Assembly (NCBI GenBank): GCA_951406725.2
Contig: OX597816.1
Span: 150,722,001 to 150,786,000, forward strand
Source: Octopus vulgaris
Taxonomy: Eukaryota
Reading direction: 5' to 3'
DNA: 64,000 nucleotides
Positions 13,112-27,173 of the stretch are shown here, piece after piece. Each line of letters opens with the position of its first letter. The stretch's first letter is position 1. Both the position numbers and the translations under genes were made by a program. Under the pieces are notes generated by a model. It was not told where the DNA came from, made no database searches, and saw nothing but the letters and a program-made list of their open reading frames with translations.

Positions 13112-13737
13112 TACTTGATTTGTAAGGTCCTTCTACTGCAAGAAATCTCCCAATGAATGTTCAGACTGGTTTCAATTTATATTCATTTTCCTGGAAATGT
13201 AATTATAAATATGCATGCATGCTTGTATATGTCTACATTTGTATATGACCATGTTATAAACAATAAAATACTCCAGTAATTATAGTAATATAATCCATAT
13301 CAGTCTAACCTTTAAAAACAGAGCAGTTTAAAATTTCATAAAAGAAAACTAATACCAACATTAAATTTGACCTCTCTCTAACTTGTGTTCTGTGACAAAG
13401 TGAATCGGAATTGTCTATTAACATTCTTTTAAGAACCATCCTATATGCAAAGATATCTTGATTAGTCATAAAAACTTCAACAAATACAAATTGCGAGCTG
13501 AATATGGCACAACTGCCACATGAACCCCTATAAAAGTCTACTCCTTCACACACATGTCCTGTTAAATTCAACCAATAGTAAACCATAAAAACTTATACTT
13601 TTCTCCTGTCCTTCTCAATATCCCCTTCTTATACAACCACTCCTCCTGTATGCCTGCACCACACCTCACTGTCATTCTACACATACCAAAGGAACTCCCT
13701 ACTAAAAACACTCTGCAAAAGCTTGAGTGACTAAAAC

Positions 13738-13779
13738 CAGTCTGATGATAAGTAATAAGCTGAAACTTCAAAGTTACTG
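13738..13779 (+). ncRNA. Minimal hammerhead ribozyme motif with degenerate stem II
   Basis: cagt-CTGATGA-taagtaataagct-GAAA-cttcaaag-TT-actg. Stems I and III pair; stem II pairs poorly. Confidence 0.55.
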
Positions 13780-15549
13780 TCAACCTCTTCCCTGTAAAAA
13801 TTAATATGTACTCTACTAAAAAGTAGAGTGACCATTCACTTTAATGTTAAATCGTTTTTATATATAACTCTGGATGAAAAATAAAATTAATATATCATTA
13901 TTATCATTTAATGTCCATATTCCATGCAAGCATGGGTTGGATGGTTTGACAGGATCTGGCAAACCATAAGGCCTTGCCAAGCTACAATGTTAGCTTTGGC
14001 ATGATCTCTACTGTTGGATGTCCTTCCTAACAGCAACTACTTTACAGAGTGTACTTGGTGCTTTTTTCATGCCACTACCACTAGTGAAGTTACTAAGTAA
14101 CTTGCAAGGCAAGAAAAGAACAGGAAAGGTGGGGGCTACTTGCATAAATGGAGGAAGTAGAGTTTGAGAATAGTAGGGGTGATGGTTCTCTGCTGGCTGT
14201 TTAGTGGTTAAAATGTGAAGGAAGGATGAACCCAAGATGTAATAGAGATTCAAGGTTACACCATATTATATAAGAGCGAGTGGGAGTAGCTGGAAAGCTG
14301 GAAGACAGAAGTGGTGGTGGGATGCTGGGGCATCAAAGGATATAGTGGATCACAGAGGGAGATAGAGGGGAAAAGATGGAGGAAGATGTGCATGTAGTGG
14401 CTAATGGCAAGTGATATAGGAATGGCTTGTGGGGAAGCTATAATGGTAAACATGAGAGAGCATTGAGAATGATAGCAGGTAAGATAGGTTTAAAGAATGG
14501 AGTATAGTAGAGGACAGCAATGACTCACTACCGCATGTTTGTCAGCCCAATTCTTTAATGGTTAGAGTATTAGGTTCAAAATCATGAGGTAGTGGGGTTC
14601 AATTCCCAGATCAGGCTGTGTGTTGTGATTTTGAGCAAGACACTATTTCATGTTGTTCCAGTTCATTCAGCTGTAGAAGTTGCAGCATCAGCCTTTGCCT
14701 TTCTCTTGGATAACATTGGTGGCATAGTAAGGGGAGGCTGGTATGCATGGGTGACTGTTGATCTTCCACAAACACCTTTGCCTGGATTTGTGTCTCGAGG
14801 GGAACTTTCTAGGTGCAATCTCATGACCAAATGGGGGTCTTTACTAGTAGAGAACAGCAATGACTGAAGGCACAAAAAAGAGGTGACTGGTGAGAATAAC
14901 ATGGGATGGGATGATATTGAGAAATGGAAATGGTTGCAGACTGGGGTGGATGTGGGGGCAGCTGGAAGGGAGGGGATGTAATACATGCCTATTCCGATCT
15001 GAGGTGGTTACAGCAGCCAATTAGCTCCATAGAGAAGTGATGGATGTTAGGGGATGAAATATGGAGGAAATGCTTGACAGAGCAAAGAGAGGAGGGAGTT
15101 GGGCCCCACATGTACAAGCACAACCAAGATGGTTTTAGGATATCATTTCTCTATGAGGGCTGGGTCTTCTCAAGCACAACAAATCACCAGTTTCCTCAGT
15201 CCTGTGTCATCTTAAGGAGTGGTTCTACCAAATAGATAGATATGAGAGTAGTGGCAGCAGCAGTAATAGCAACGAAAGTAGTAAAAATAGTACTAATAAA
15301 TTCTAAAGACGTAAATTATCAGGCTTTCAATCATGTATATGCTTTATGTATGATATGCAGATTGTTATATTGAATTTATATTGCTTCTGTTGCGCTCTCT
15401 CTCTCTCTCTATATATATATATGGGACAAGAACGGAAAACATTTAGGAGACGATACAAAAAACAAGGACGGGACATTCGAAGCCTTCAATCTTCAGTCAA
15501 GAACCGGATCATCCTCGCAATTTCGGCTGATTAATCTTATATATATATA

Positions 15550-15905
15550 TACTCTTTACTCTTTTACTTGTTCCAGTCATTTTGACTGCGGCCATGCTGG
15601 AGCACCACCTTTTAGTACTTATTCTATCGGTCTCTTTTTGCCGAACCGCTAAGTGACGGGGACCTAAACACACCAGCATCGGTTGTCAAGCAATGCTAGG
15701 GGGACAAACACAGACACACAAACACACGCATACATATATATATACATATATACGACAGGCTTCTTTCAGTTTCCGTCTACCAAATCCACTCACAAGGCAT
15801 TGGTCGGCCCGGGGCTATAGCAGAAGACACTTGCCCAAGATGCCACGCAGTGGGACTGAACCCGCAACCATGTGGTTGGTTAGCAAGCTACTTACCACTC
15901 CTGCG

Positions 15906-15910
<5 letters not shown>
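15550..15910 (-). mobile_element. tRNA-derived SINE, family A (other copies 23325-23750 +, 33845-34212 +, 46255-46440 +, 32270-32380 -, 11270-11600 -, 95-295 +)
   Basis: tRNA-like head (ggtaagtagcttgct...gggttcagtccc) followed by cttgggcaagtgtcttct...ggatttggtagacggaaactgaaagaagcc, repeated across the window and usually inside (TA)n. Confidence 0.8.
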
Positions 15911-15967
<57 letters not shown>

Positions 15968-16572
15968 TATTTTATAAGTTTAAAGCTTATAAGCAATTAC
16001 CGTGCAAATGACTAAAGAAAATAGTCTAATAATGGATATATAAAACTTCGATCCTTTCTTTTAGTTATTAGCCTTTCCTTTGTCACAATAGTCTATGCAG
16101 AGTTTCGTGAGTACAAACAAGCTGAAATATATCAAACTAAATAACATAGAAATTGTAAAATCTTTTAAAATACATCCTTGTTTTGAAAATTAACTTTTTG
16201 CTCCGTGACAAGAGTTCTTAATCAAGTCCTGGAACACATTAAAAGTATGAGGGAGATGAAATTTGTAAACGAACATGTATAAACAGTTTTGTACATTTTA
16301 TTTAATAGAAACTGTTCTTTCAGGAGACGCAGTTAAAGTTTCTTTTCAGTCTGAAGACGATTTTTGCATTGTCTTTCGGACAAAATCTCTGTTGACATAG
16401 TAATTTTAAATAGTAAATATTCTTTTCTACTATAGGCATAAGGCCCGAAATTTGGGGGGAGGCGACCAGTCGATTCGACTACCACCAGTACGCAACTGGT
16501 ATTTAATTTATCGACCCCGAAAGGATGAAAGGTAAAGTCGACCTCGGCGGAATTTCAACTCAGAACGTAGAC

Positions 16573-16773
16573 CAGTGGTTTTCAACCAGGGTTCCGCCAG
16601 TACAGTCCAGGGGTTCCGCAAGAAGTTACAAAACTGCTAAAATCGGCAGTAATTTTTAATTCTCCTGTGCAGATATGTGTGCATAAGACCATTAAATTAT
16701 TACACAGGGGTTCCTCGAGCCAGTGGAATGTTTCCTTGGGGTTCCGCTCCAGCAAAAAGTTTGAAAAGCACTG
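16573..16773. mobile_element. hAT (Buster/Charlie-like) MITE inserted in a family-B SINE
   Basis: TIRs cagtggttttcaa / ttgaaaagcactg. Exact 8-bp TSD ACGTAGAC at 16565-16572 and 16774-16781. Confidence 0.9.
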
Positions 16774-19004
16774 ACGTAGACAGATGAAATACCGCTATGC
16801 ATTCCGCCCGGCGTGCTAACGTTTCTGCCAGCTCGGCGCCTTTTAAGAAGCAATTATTAATATAATAACTTGACCCCAAAATTAGTTTCAGCGACTTAAG
16901 CATCTTAATTACTAATAAAATTATGGGTATACGTACATTGGGGACTAGTAAATAATGTATTGTTGCACACATTTGATAAATGAAATAAGGTATTAATGGA
17001 ATTTATTAATGTAATAAGTACAGAAAACAAAAACTGCTGAATGCGCTGTTTTCAGGAGGCTGAGTTGTTTCAATCTCCCACCGTACTAAGGTGAATACAT
17101 TTTCTATAAATAAATACTAAAATCCGATATTTTTAAGAAGTCAATGTGTTCATAACTTCATTCAAGGCCATTGACTACAAACGTATATATATAGTAAATA
17201 AATGTATCCAAAAAGCACCGACAAGTTAAATTAAATTTTCATCACGTTTACACACAAGTGCTAGCCTACGAGAGAGCCTTTTCGTGATCGAATTTGAAAT
17301 AAAGTCAGATCTTCTTCAAATTTACACCCTACTAGCTTAAAAAACGTAAATTAAGTAATATAGTTTAAATGATAAAACTCGGTAAATGTCAGGAACTACG
17401 AGGAAATTTCGACGAAATCTCTTAGCATAGGATATTCATGTCTTTGAGCACGAGTCTACTCGATTACAGATGATATGCACAAAACAATAACAACCAGATC
17501 AAAAATGATTTGGGGCCTTTATTTCTTGAAGGTGTGTATTGTTGATAATACAATCGTTTTATCAGAGAATGTCAAGAGATTTTAGAATATTGTCTTTTCT
17601 ACATGCATTGGGAATACCGAAGAAAGAGTTAGTATTATGTGTGTGTCCACTTACGGATATACATGAAGGAACGAATTATGTACAAAACGGTGCCGTGAAA
17701 CCTAGCCTACATACATACAACAAATAAAAACAAACTATCTAACCTATTATAAAACTATAAGCTTATATGAGAATATTAACTAAACATAAGGCCAATTTAC
17801 CAATTCTATAGGTACATGAAAGGTCAAGTTTGCCTTGATGTGATTTGAACTCAAGAAATGAATTTTATTTTTAAATGACGCAGTTAATACTTCAAAAATA
17901 TTGGTTAAACTAAAGCGGTCTTGTTTTTTTGACCGGGTTTAACGCTTTAGTTTAACCAAAATATTTACATTGAATTATTTTAATCTAGTGTCTTAGTTTT
18001 CAATGCAACGCGAAAAGACAAGGGGAGAAATAACAGCGAAAATAATTATATTGAAAAGGCTCAGATAGGTTTAAGTTGCTATGTTTAGCACAAGGTCAGC
18101 ACTGATTCATCGAACCTGTGATCAAAGCTGTTCCCATCATGACGATCCAGCTTCTCTGTCGGGGTGGGATGGTCATGATAGAACACGATGCATATTTAAA
18201 TCATTCAATGTGTCCCTTCCTTTTCGAGATATAAAGCAGTGATTCTCTCATGCTGCGCTGCAAGAGGTGCCTAGATACCACGGATTTCGTAATAATAATT
18301 CCAGGTGTTAAGACCATCTGTACTAATACTTGAACATCTCGAAAAGTATGTCATTCATAATTTTGTAAAACATTAAATTTGGCCAAGCAATACTTTTCTA
18401 AATTTTTAGCGTTAAAAGTTGTTTTATGTTCCTCCAGTGTGCTACGCAATATATATATATATATATAAAGATTGAGAAACCCTATGGTAATTTTGCTGCT
18501 GTTTCCAGCTGTCCGAGAACACCTGTCTCGCAATCACCTGCGGCATTGCCACTGCTTTGACTTCAATTTTCTCTTTTTAAGATTAATTTGTGTCTCTTGG
18601 TGCGAGCTATAAGCGAAGGAGTGTGCATGCCCTCTATTTGTTTACAGATATCTTTGTTTCGCTAATTTTTTTTGCAGTTTACCTTTATAAATTGTACTCT
18701 TTTTCGATAAACTTATAATGTGATGATGGTAAATATTATAGTCATCAGATCACGACACCCGCCTCCCATAGTTTCTAAAACAGGTGAATATATATATAAT
18801 TATATAAGATATATTTTACATCATTTGATATATTCTAAATGTTTGCTGTTGTTCTCGACTGTGGATTAACATGATAAACATATCTTTATATAAACAAAAA
18901 TTCGTATCCTGAAGGTCAGGAAAGAAATGAACAATATGTTATTGTTATACATTAGAGAAAGATATAAAAATCATAAGTTTTCGATAAAAACAATTACTAC
19001 GAAC

Positions 19005-19044
19005 CTAAAGTTGGTTCTGACAACTTGATAACATTTCGAAACAT
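19005..19044 (-). CDS. GCAT: Probable GCAT coding exon 1 (start of mitochondrial presequence MFRNVIKLSEPTL)
   Basis: ATG in gccgccagATG context, 40 nt ending G|GTtcgt. Phase 1 matches exon 2. It lies in unique sequence with CCAAT motifs upstream. Confidence 0.7.
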
Positions 19045-19420
19045 CTGGCGGCAAGCAAACTGTCGTTTAATCATTCTGAATGAAGCCATGTGCAAGCCTA
19101 TGTGCAAGTGAGAGATGTGTGGAAGTTAATAAAACTGTGCTTGTATTTGAGTGTGTGTGTATGTGTGTGTGAGGTTAGCGTGTTCGACCAATCAGGCATT
19201 AAACAAACACATCAATTAGTTTGTCCAGATGTAACAACATAGCAGTATGTCAGTAAGTGTCACTACGACTGGGTTGTAATTGGGAACAATACAGACGGAG
19301 GGATAAGTGTATAACCCTTAAGTGAACTCTTTAAGCAGGTTGTCGGACGAACCGTGCAACCTCCTGTTAAACTTCTGCCTCCTCTCTCAGCCAATTATAA
19401 TCTCCTTCAAATTTCACCCT
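19045..19420 (-). promoter_or_regulatory. Putative GCAT 5' UTR/promoter
   Basis: Unique, CpG-retaining sequence upstream of the inferred ATG, with CCAAT motifs at ~19188 and ~19391. Confidence 0.4.
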
Positions 19421-19578
19421 ATTGTCTTAAACATGGGGAAGGGCATGTACAAACTCTTGAAGTACGAAAGTACGAGCGAAAATTAACTCTTTTGTGTACG
19501 AATATGAGGTGCATGGCACCATCATGAAAAATGGTTAAATAAAGTTGATGGTGGGAGGGCATGCCTACGCAAATGGGC

Positions 19579-20897
19579 TAACATCTAGTTTAACACCCGG
19601 CCACCTAAACAAAAAAAAAACTAACAGGTGTAAAAAATGTGTAATAAACGAATCTGAAAGCCAAAATTTGCGCAAGCGAACTGGGGAGGGGGGACATTCG
19701 GAAAATTCACACGATTTGATTTTTTTCCCTCGTAGCTTTCAGGAAAAATGGATATCTTTCGGTGAAATTTTACATAAATAACTTTCTAACTGCATAAATT
19801 ACAATTATTAAAAAAATTGTGGGGAAAACTTTTTTCCGAAATGGTGGGAGAGGGGAGTTTCAAATCAAGAAGACCACATAAGTTTTGGCGGGGGATTTTT
19901 CCAGTTGTTTTTCAGCAAAGCCTTCGAAATGATGGGGAGCATCTTTTTATGAAAAATGGTTTAGAAAATTTATGATCCAAAACTCCATTTTTTCGAAACT
20001 CCTCTCCCTAGACCCCAGGAAAATCGGTAAAATTACAGATTATCACCCCCACGATTTTCACTAAGAAAAAAAAAAAAAAACTCGGATTTTTTGCGTGGAA
20101 TCAAATACCCTGACCTCCTAATATGCTGCAAATCCCATATTTTGGTCCGGAAAGGGAGGGGGGGGTATTACCCCCCCCCCCCGGAATTTTCACAAGGAAA
20201 AAAAAAAATCAGATTTCTAGCGTGGAATCAAGTACCCTGACCTCCTAATATGCTGCAAATCCCATATTTTGGTCCGGAAAGGGGGTAACACCCCCCCCCC
20301 CCGGAATTTTCACAAGAAAAAAAAAATCAGATTTTTTGCGTGGAATCAAGTACCCTGACCTCCTAATATGCTGCAAATCCCATATTTTGGTCCGGAATTG
20401 CTCCGGAAAGGGGGGGGGGGTAACCCCTCCCCCGGAATTTTCACAAGGAAAAAAAAAATAACATATCAATAATTTAGAAAAGAAACATTTCTAGAAAATA
20501 GTAAATTGAAGTGTCAACAAATTATTGGGCAAAATTGAAGTGTGAACAAATCATTGGGCAAAAGAAGATTTGGCATACTGTCATGCTTTTAGCTGTCAGA
20601 AGTGAAAGTCGTCAACTTCGTGTATTTGCGTCAGGTTCGCTGTTAGGCTTATAAAACAATAGAAGTTCAGTTTAAAGTTTATAAATAAATACATTTCATT
20701 CCATGTTCTGTTTAAACTTTATAAATAAATATATTCTTGCAGTGTGTGTATATGTGGCTATATGTCTGACTAATGTGTGTGTCTGTATTTATTGTATGTG
20801 TGTATAAGTAGTTATATGCTTATATTATCCATTATAGTAATATTTGTCTGTTGAAACCTGTTTTAAGGCGGTCAATAGTTTAATTAAAGATGTATCT

Positions 20898-20955
<58 letters not shown>

Positions 20956-22139
20956 GTGTATATATACATGTGTATACATATATATATATATATATAAATA
21001 TATATATATACACATGTCTATATATATACACATGTATATATAAATATATATATATACACATGTATATATATATACATGTATAGACACATCTTTAATTAAA
21101 CTATTGACCGCCTTAAAACGGGTTTCAACAGACAAATATTACTATAATGGATAATGTAATGGATAAAATTCAGACAAACTTACCTCTTGCTGTCAAAAAA
21201 GTGGATTAATTCTCAGCAAAACATACTGTTATGCTAGACCAGTGGTTTTCAACCAGGGTTCCGCAAGAAGTTGCAAAACTGCTAAAATCGGCAGTAATTT
21301 TTAATTCTCCTGTGCAGATATGTGTGCATAAGACTATTAAATTATTGCACAGGGGTTCCTCGAGCCAGTGGAATGTTTGAATTACGCTGTGTGGTTTCAG
21401 TTTCTAATTTTTGCTTCTGATCTCTCTCTGTGCCGCCCTCTCTATCTCAGTTGTTCATTCTGCTGATATTTAGAAAAGTTTTCGCGCCAAGTTTTGTTGT
21501 GGGCGGGAAAAGATGAACGATTTAAAATAAATATACCTTAATTGTAGTGTGAGAAAGTATATATATTCTGATGATAAAATATATTATCTTTCAAAAACAT
21601 CCCAAATTTATAGACTATATCGTGTATGTTTAAGAAATGGTTCATGAGACATTGTTCATCTGTCTCCCCACCACACCTCCACCTACACAAAAATTAGTTT
21701 GAGATAGAGAGGGCGGCACAGAGAGAGATCAGAAGTAAAAATTAGAACCTGACACTATCACAGAGCGTAATTCAAACATTCCACTGGCTCGAGGAACCCC
21801 TGTACAATAATTTAATAGTCTTATGCACACATATCTGCACAGGAGAATTAAAAATTACTGCCGATTTTAGCAGTTTTGCAACTTCTTGCGGAACCCTGGT
21901 TGAAAACCACTGGTCTAGCATAACAGTATGTTTTGCTGAGAATTAATCCACTTTTTTTGACAGCAAGAGGTAAGTTTGTCTGAATTTTATCCATTACATT
22001 ATCCATTATAGTAATATTTGTCTGTTGAAACCCGTTTTAAGGCGGTCAATAGTTTAATTAAAGATGTGTCTATACATGTATATATATATATACATGTGTA
22101 TATATATATATTTATATATACATGTGTATATATATAGAC

Positions 22140-22197
<58 letters not shown>

Positions 22198-23133
22198 ACA
22201 CATGTATATATACACCTGTATATATATATATATATATACATGTATAGATACATCTTTAATTAAACTATTGACCGCCTTAAAACAGGTTTCAACAGACAAA
22301 TATTACTATAATGGATAATATAAGCATATAACTACTTATACACACATACAATAAATACAGACACACACATTAGTCAGACATATAGCCACATATACACACA
22401 CTGCAAGAATATATTTATTTATAAAGTTTAAACAGAACATGGAATGAAATGTATTTATTTATAAACTTTAAACTGAACTTCTATTGTTTTATAAGCCTAA
22501 CAGCGAACCTGACGCAAATACACGAAGTTGACGACTTTCACTTCTGACAGCTAAAAGCATGACAGTATGCCAAATCTTCTTTTGCCCAATGATTTGTTCA
22601 CACTTCAATTTTGCCCAATAATTTGTTGACACTTCAATTTACTATTTTCTAGAAATGTTTCTTTTCTAAATTATTGATATGTTATTTTTTTTTTCCTTGT
22701 GAAAATTCCGGAGGAGGGGGTTACCCCCCTTTCCGGAGCAATTCCGGACCAAAATATGGGATTTGCAGCATATTAGGAGGTCAGGGTATTTGATTCCACG
22801 CAAAAAATCCGAGTTTTTTATTTTTTTTCTTAGTGAAAATCGTGGGGGTGATAATCTGTAATTTTACCGGAAAATCTTCCTCACAAATTTCTTTATAATC
22901 GTAATCTATGCCGTTTGAAAGATATTTATATAAAATTTCATTAAAAAATATCTATTCTCCTGAAAGTTATGAGGGAAAAATCGGATCGTGGGAATTTTCC
23001 GAAAGTCCTCTCCCCACACCCCTAGTTCGCTTGCGCAAACTTTGGTTTTCAGAATTGTTTACTTCATATTTTTTTACACCTATTACACTTGTATTTTTTT
23101 TTTTTTTGTAGTCATGTGTTAAACTAGATATTA
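19579..23133. repeat. Large nested inverted repeat / foldback element
   Basis: Near-identical inner arms 20025-21449 and 21700-22869 around a 250 bp spacer. Diverged outer arms ~19579-19838 and ~22868-23133. Confidence 0.9.
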
Positions 23134-23489
23134 ACTAACAAATATGTCCCGTCTGACTTGGTTTTCTCATAACATCCGGAAAACTGGATATTTTTAAAAT
23201 GAAATTTTCTACAAATACACTTCACTTGGTGTAGATTCCGATTATATAAGCATTTGCTGTGAAAATGTTCATAACTTCCAACAAAAAAAAACGGGTATTT
23301 TTTAATGAAATTTTCCACAGATGGGTGCAGGAGTCTGGTAGGAAGCTTGCTTCCCAACCACATGGTCTGGGTTCAGTCCTACTGTGTAACACCTTGGGCA
23401 AGTGTCTTCTACTATAACCTCGAGCCGACCAAAGCCTTATGAGTGGATTTGGTAGACGGAAACTGAAAGAAGCCTGTCATGTGTTTGTG

Positions 23490-23524
<35 letters not shown>

Positions 23525-24019
23525 GTATGTATATATGTATGTATGTATTTATGTGTTTATGTTTGTCCCCCCCACCATCGCTTGACAACTGATGTTTGCA
23601 TGTTTACGTCCCTATAACTTATACGGTTCAGCAAATGAGACCAATATAATAAGTTTGAGGTTTACAAAGAATAAGTCCTGGGGTCAATTTCTTCAACTAA
23701 AGGCGGTGCTCCAGCATGGCTGCAGTCAAATGATTGAAACAAGTAAAAGAAATATTTTTTTTAAATACCTTTCAGAATGTGTAAATTACAATCATATCAG
23801 AATTTGGTGTGAAAAGGAAAATGGTGAGCATGCACATATATATACTGACACATCACATAGATATATGTGATACATGCCAGTAGGAATATGTCCAAGCCCA
23901 CCATTTTTTAAAAATATTTTTCCATACTGAATTCCAATATAATCACAATCTACACACTCTGAAAGGTATTTGTAGAAAATTTCATTAAAAAATATCTTTC
24001 TGGGAGTTGATATGATAAT

Positions 24020-24665
24020 GAAATTATTGTGTATAGTACTCAAGTGCACTACAACTCATCAAAGGTGCATGTATAGTACATAAAATTATGTACAAAAGTC
24101 AGGAAAGTGAACAGTGTATGAGTCATGATATACATGTGTGCATGCATATAGAGAGGAGGATATCAGATGTAGTGTTGGTGAATTTCAGGAAGCATGGAGA
24201 TTTTAAAGAATGCAATGTCTCAGCAACTAACAACTGATGCTGGTAGTTTGTTCCCTGCTTCACCAACTCTGAGTGTGAAAAAATGTTTCCAAATGTCATG
24301 AGAGCTGTGCTGTTTTCTGACTTTGTAGGCATGCCCATGTGTGTTAGACACATGGAGTTCAAAAAGGTTTCCGAGGTGGTTGTTGGCACACTGGTCAATA
24401 ATTTTGTGGGTGTTTACCAAGTCAGTTGTTAGACGTCAGAGTTTCAATGTATCCATGCTCAGAGAAGCAAGGCATTCAGAATATGGTAGATGCCTGATGG
24501 GGGGTATTCACTTGGTTGCACGTCTCTGAACAGGTTCCAGGAGGTCAATGTCCTGAGCAAGATAGAGATTCCAGACTGGTAATGCAAATTCCAGGTGTGG
24601 CCACACTATATCCATATACAGCCTTAAATAGATAGCTGGAGAGCAGCTGACAAAGTGATGCCGAG
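24020..24665 (-). mobile_element. 5'-truncated CR1-type LINE 3' end (same family as 36810-40781)
   Basis: Matches the ORF2 C-terminus (PHLEFA..VWN.YLAQDIDLLE.VQRRATK; HAYKVRKQHSSHD) and the 3' UTR. Confidence 0.85.
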
Positions 24666-25344
24666 ACACCCTCATTATAAGGAAACAAAGCTGACTATTG
24701 TGAATGTTTTGAAACTCGCCTCCCATAGAAATGTTTTTCAGAACAAATTCGATATAATCGGAATCTACACCTTCTGAAGCGTATTTGAAGAAAATTTCAT
24801 TAAAAAATATCCATTTTCTTGGAAGTTGAGGAAACAAATTAGAGGGTCACACTTGTGTAGGTATGCAGTTGATGGTGTTAGTATTTAAAAGGGGGAAAAA
24901 ATCTCTATTTGCAATTCATTGTAATTAGTTGCATGCCTCGACACAAAGTTAACTTTGCTTTCAGTTTGTTAATGAATGTACTGAGCAGAGGACGAGTGCA
25001 GCAGTTAACGCATCACTTGGTAGCAGGTGTTGTATATACAAGTAGTATAGTATTGGTCTACTTATTTAGGAGGAATTTTACAATTCAGTCTACAAAAGCA
25101 CTGAAGTAAAAAATATGACATAGTGAATGCTAATTGCTTTGCGGGGTTGGTGTAGGCTTGATTGAGCCAAAAGACATGCATGACTAGTAAATCTATATAT
25201 AAAACTGAGAAAGTGTGTCTATCTGTGTCTGTATGTGTGCATCACTAAAACTTATGAACTACCCAACATATTTTATTCAAATTTTACACATACACTACAT
25301 AGGGTCCATGGAGTATCATGAGCCAAAAAATTTTCAACTTCTTG

Positions 25345-25760
25345 CTCCACCCCCATTATTGACTTGGTCACCTAGGTAATGGAAGTTATCAACTACTTCT
25401 AGCTTTTTCCCCTGGCATGTGATGGAAGCTGTTCTCTGCATATTTTCAGTGTTTATTGCCCCTGTGCATCTACCACACACAAAAACTATCTTTCCAGTTA
25501 ACCTTCCTTTGATATTGCTGTACCTCTTATATAGCTTACACCGAGTACATTTTATGGGGTTTCTAAGTACACCTTTCTTACCGATCAAACAGGGTCGTCT
25601 ACCTAAAGGGCTTTGTGATTTGTCTGCCTTCCTACTTACTAAGACTTTGGCTTTTGCTAGATTGACTCTAAGGCCCTTTGATTCTAGACCTTGCTTCCAC
25701 ACCTGAAACTTCTCTACTTCTGGTAGGGACTCAGCTATTAGAGCGAGGTCATCAGCATAT
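25345..25760 (-). mobile_element. RTE-clade LINE RT fragment
   Basis: YADDLAL..., WKQGLESKGLRVNLAK, LEVVDNFHYLGD; homologous to 52600-53700. Confidence 0.85.
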
Positions 25761-26259
25761 TTATTCTATATCCTTTCAAAATTTCTCCCAGGTGTTACCC
25801 ATTACAATTTATCTTGGCCTAATGGCCCTTAATGTTTGTCTTCGTTGAGTGTTTACTCTGTTGCTGTTTGTTCATTTGAAGCCCTAACTCTCCATAGATT
25901 TTATATTTTAAAAATTTCTGGATGCTACTGTCTCATGCCATATATAGATCTATCTATCTATCTATCTAGGGTAGGTAAAATTCCCAAGATCCATGGATGA
26001 GTTCTCTCCAGCAGTCTTTATCCCTCATCATCACTGCCATGTCCTGTGTCTCCCAGAGACCTGTGTTTGTCCTTAGGACATCAACATATATCTTCCAGGG
26101 TCTCCCTCTTCTAGTGTGTCCATGTAGGGGCCCCTACAGGAGCACCAAGTGCAGTATTGATTCTGAATGACTGAGCATGTCCAGCTAACCTCAGTCTCCT
26201 CTGTTATTTTTGAGCTAACTACTGGGAGGCTCTCATACAGCTCTGAGTTCTTCATCCTC

Positions 26260-26293
<34 letters not shown>

Positions 26294-26294
<1 letters not shown>

Positions 26295-27134
26295 CTATAT
26301 ATAAAACTGAAATGCGTTTTTACCGCTTGGATCGCTTTCAATGCCGCTACGTCCCGTCTGATTCGCTCCAAAATTTACAGGGACATGTAGAATGAGGTGA
26401 CGATGCTCGTGGGCTACCTTAGAAATCTCTATCTTAAAAGGTGTGGTTGCTAGGGGCCAGCTTCCTCAATCACGCTATTTCCTCCTTTCCCTCTCTTACT
26501 CCCCTTCATTTATAACTTTGAGAAGTCCACTACCATTATTTAAAGTATCTGTCACTCTCGCTATTTCTTTTCTTTTTCACTGACTCTGTTTCCTAGCTTC
26601 CCATCACTTCGGCGGCGTTCTTTTAAGTATCTGTCTGTCACCAACAAACAACACACGAGCATGAGAACAAATATTATGAATCAGATATTCTTGTGTTCAT
26701 TTATATGTGTGTGTGTGTGTGTGTGTGTGTTTTCTATATATAAATATGTATATATAATGTATGTGTGTGTGTGTTCTATATATAAATATGTATATATAAT
26801 GTATGTGTGTGTGTGTTCTATATATAAATATGTATATATAATGTATATATACAAAGTGTATATATCTGTATTTATGTATATTAAACCTTTTCATACTTTT
26901 TCATAGTTATATATATTTTTAAACAAATTATAAATATAATTTGATAATTTTTATTTTCAATTTAAATAATTTAAATTTTTCAATTTTATATTTTATATTT
27001 TTTCTATATTATATTTTTTTTTATGTTTTTGTTTTTGGTTTTTCACTGTTTGATTTGCCTATTAGTGGTTTTATCTCTAATTTAATTTATACAGATATAT
27101 ATCTCATTTGTATACATTTGTATATATAATGCGT

Positions 27135-27173
<39 letters not shown>

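Noticed and set aside
15421-15540. Minus-strand CTGAAGA/GAAA hammerhead candidate (also 18690-18750 minus and 55950-56005 plus)
   Set aside because: Core boxes are present, but the stems do not pair in the required register.
363-19044. Bacterial kbl contamination or horizontal transfer
   Set aside because: The gene is split by canonical GT-AG introns and has a presequence-like N-terminus, as expected for native GCAT.
20085-20460. Three ~125 bp repeats as a CRISPR-like array
   Set aside because: Tandem units without unique spacers, in a eukaryotic context with no cas genes.
20825-22318. YI/IY-repeat ORFs in the ORF track (also 4718-4990, 26661-26906, 32167-32533, 57433-57855)
   Set aside because: Translations of (TA)n/(CA)n microsatellites, not genes.
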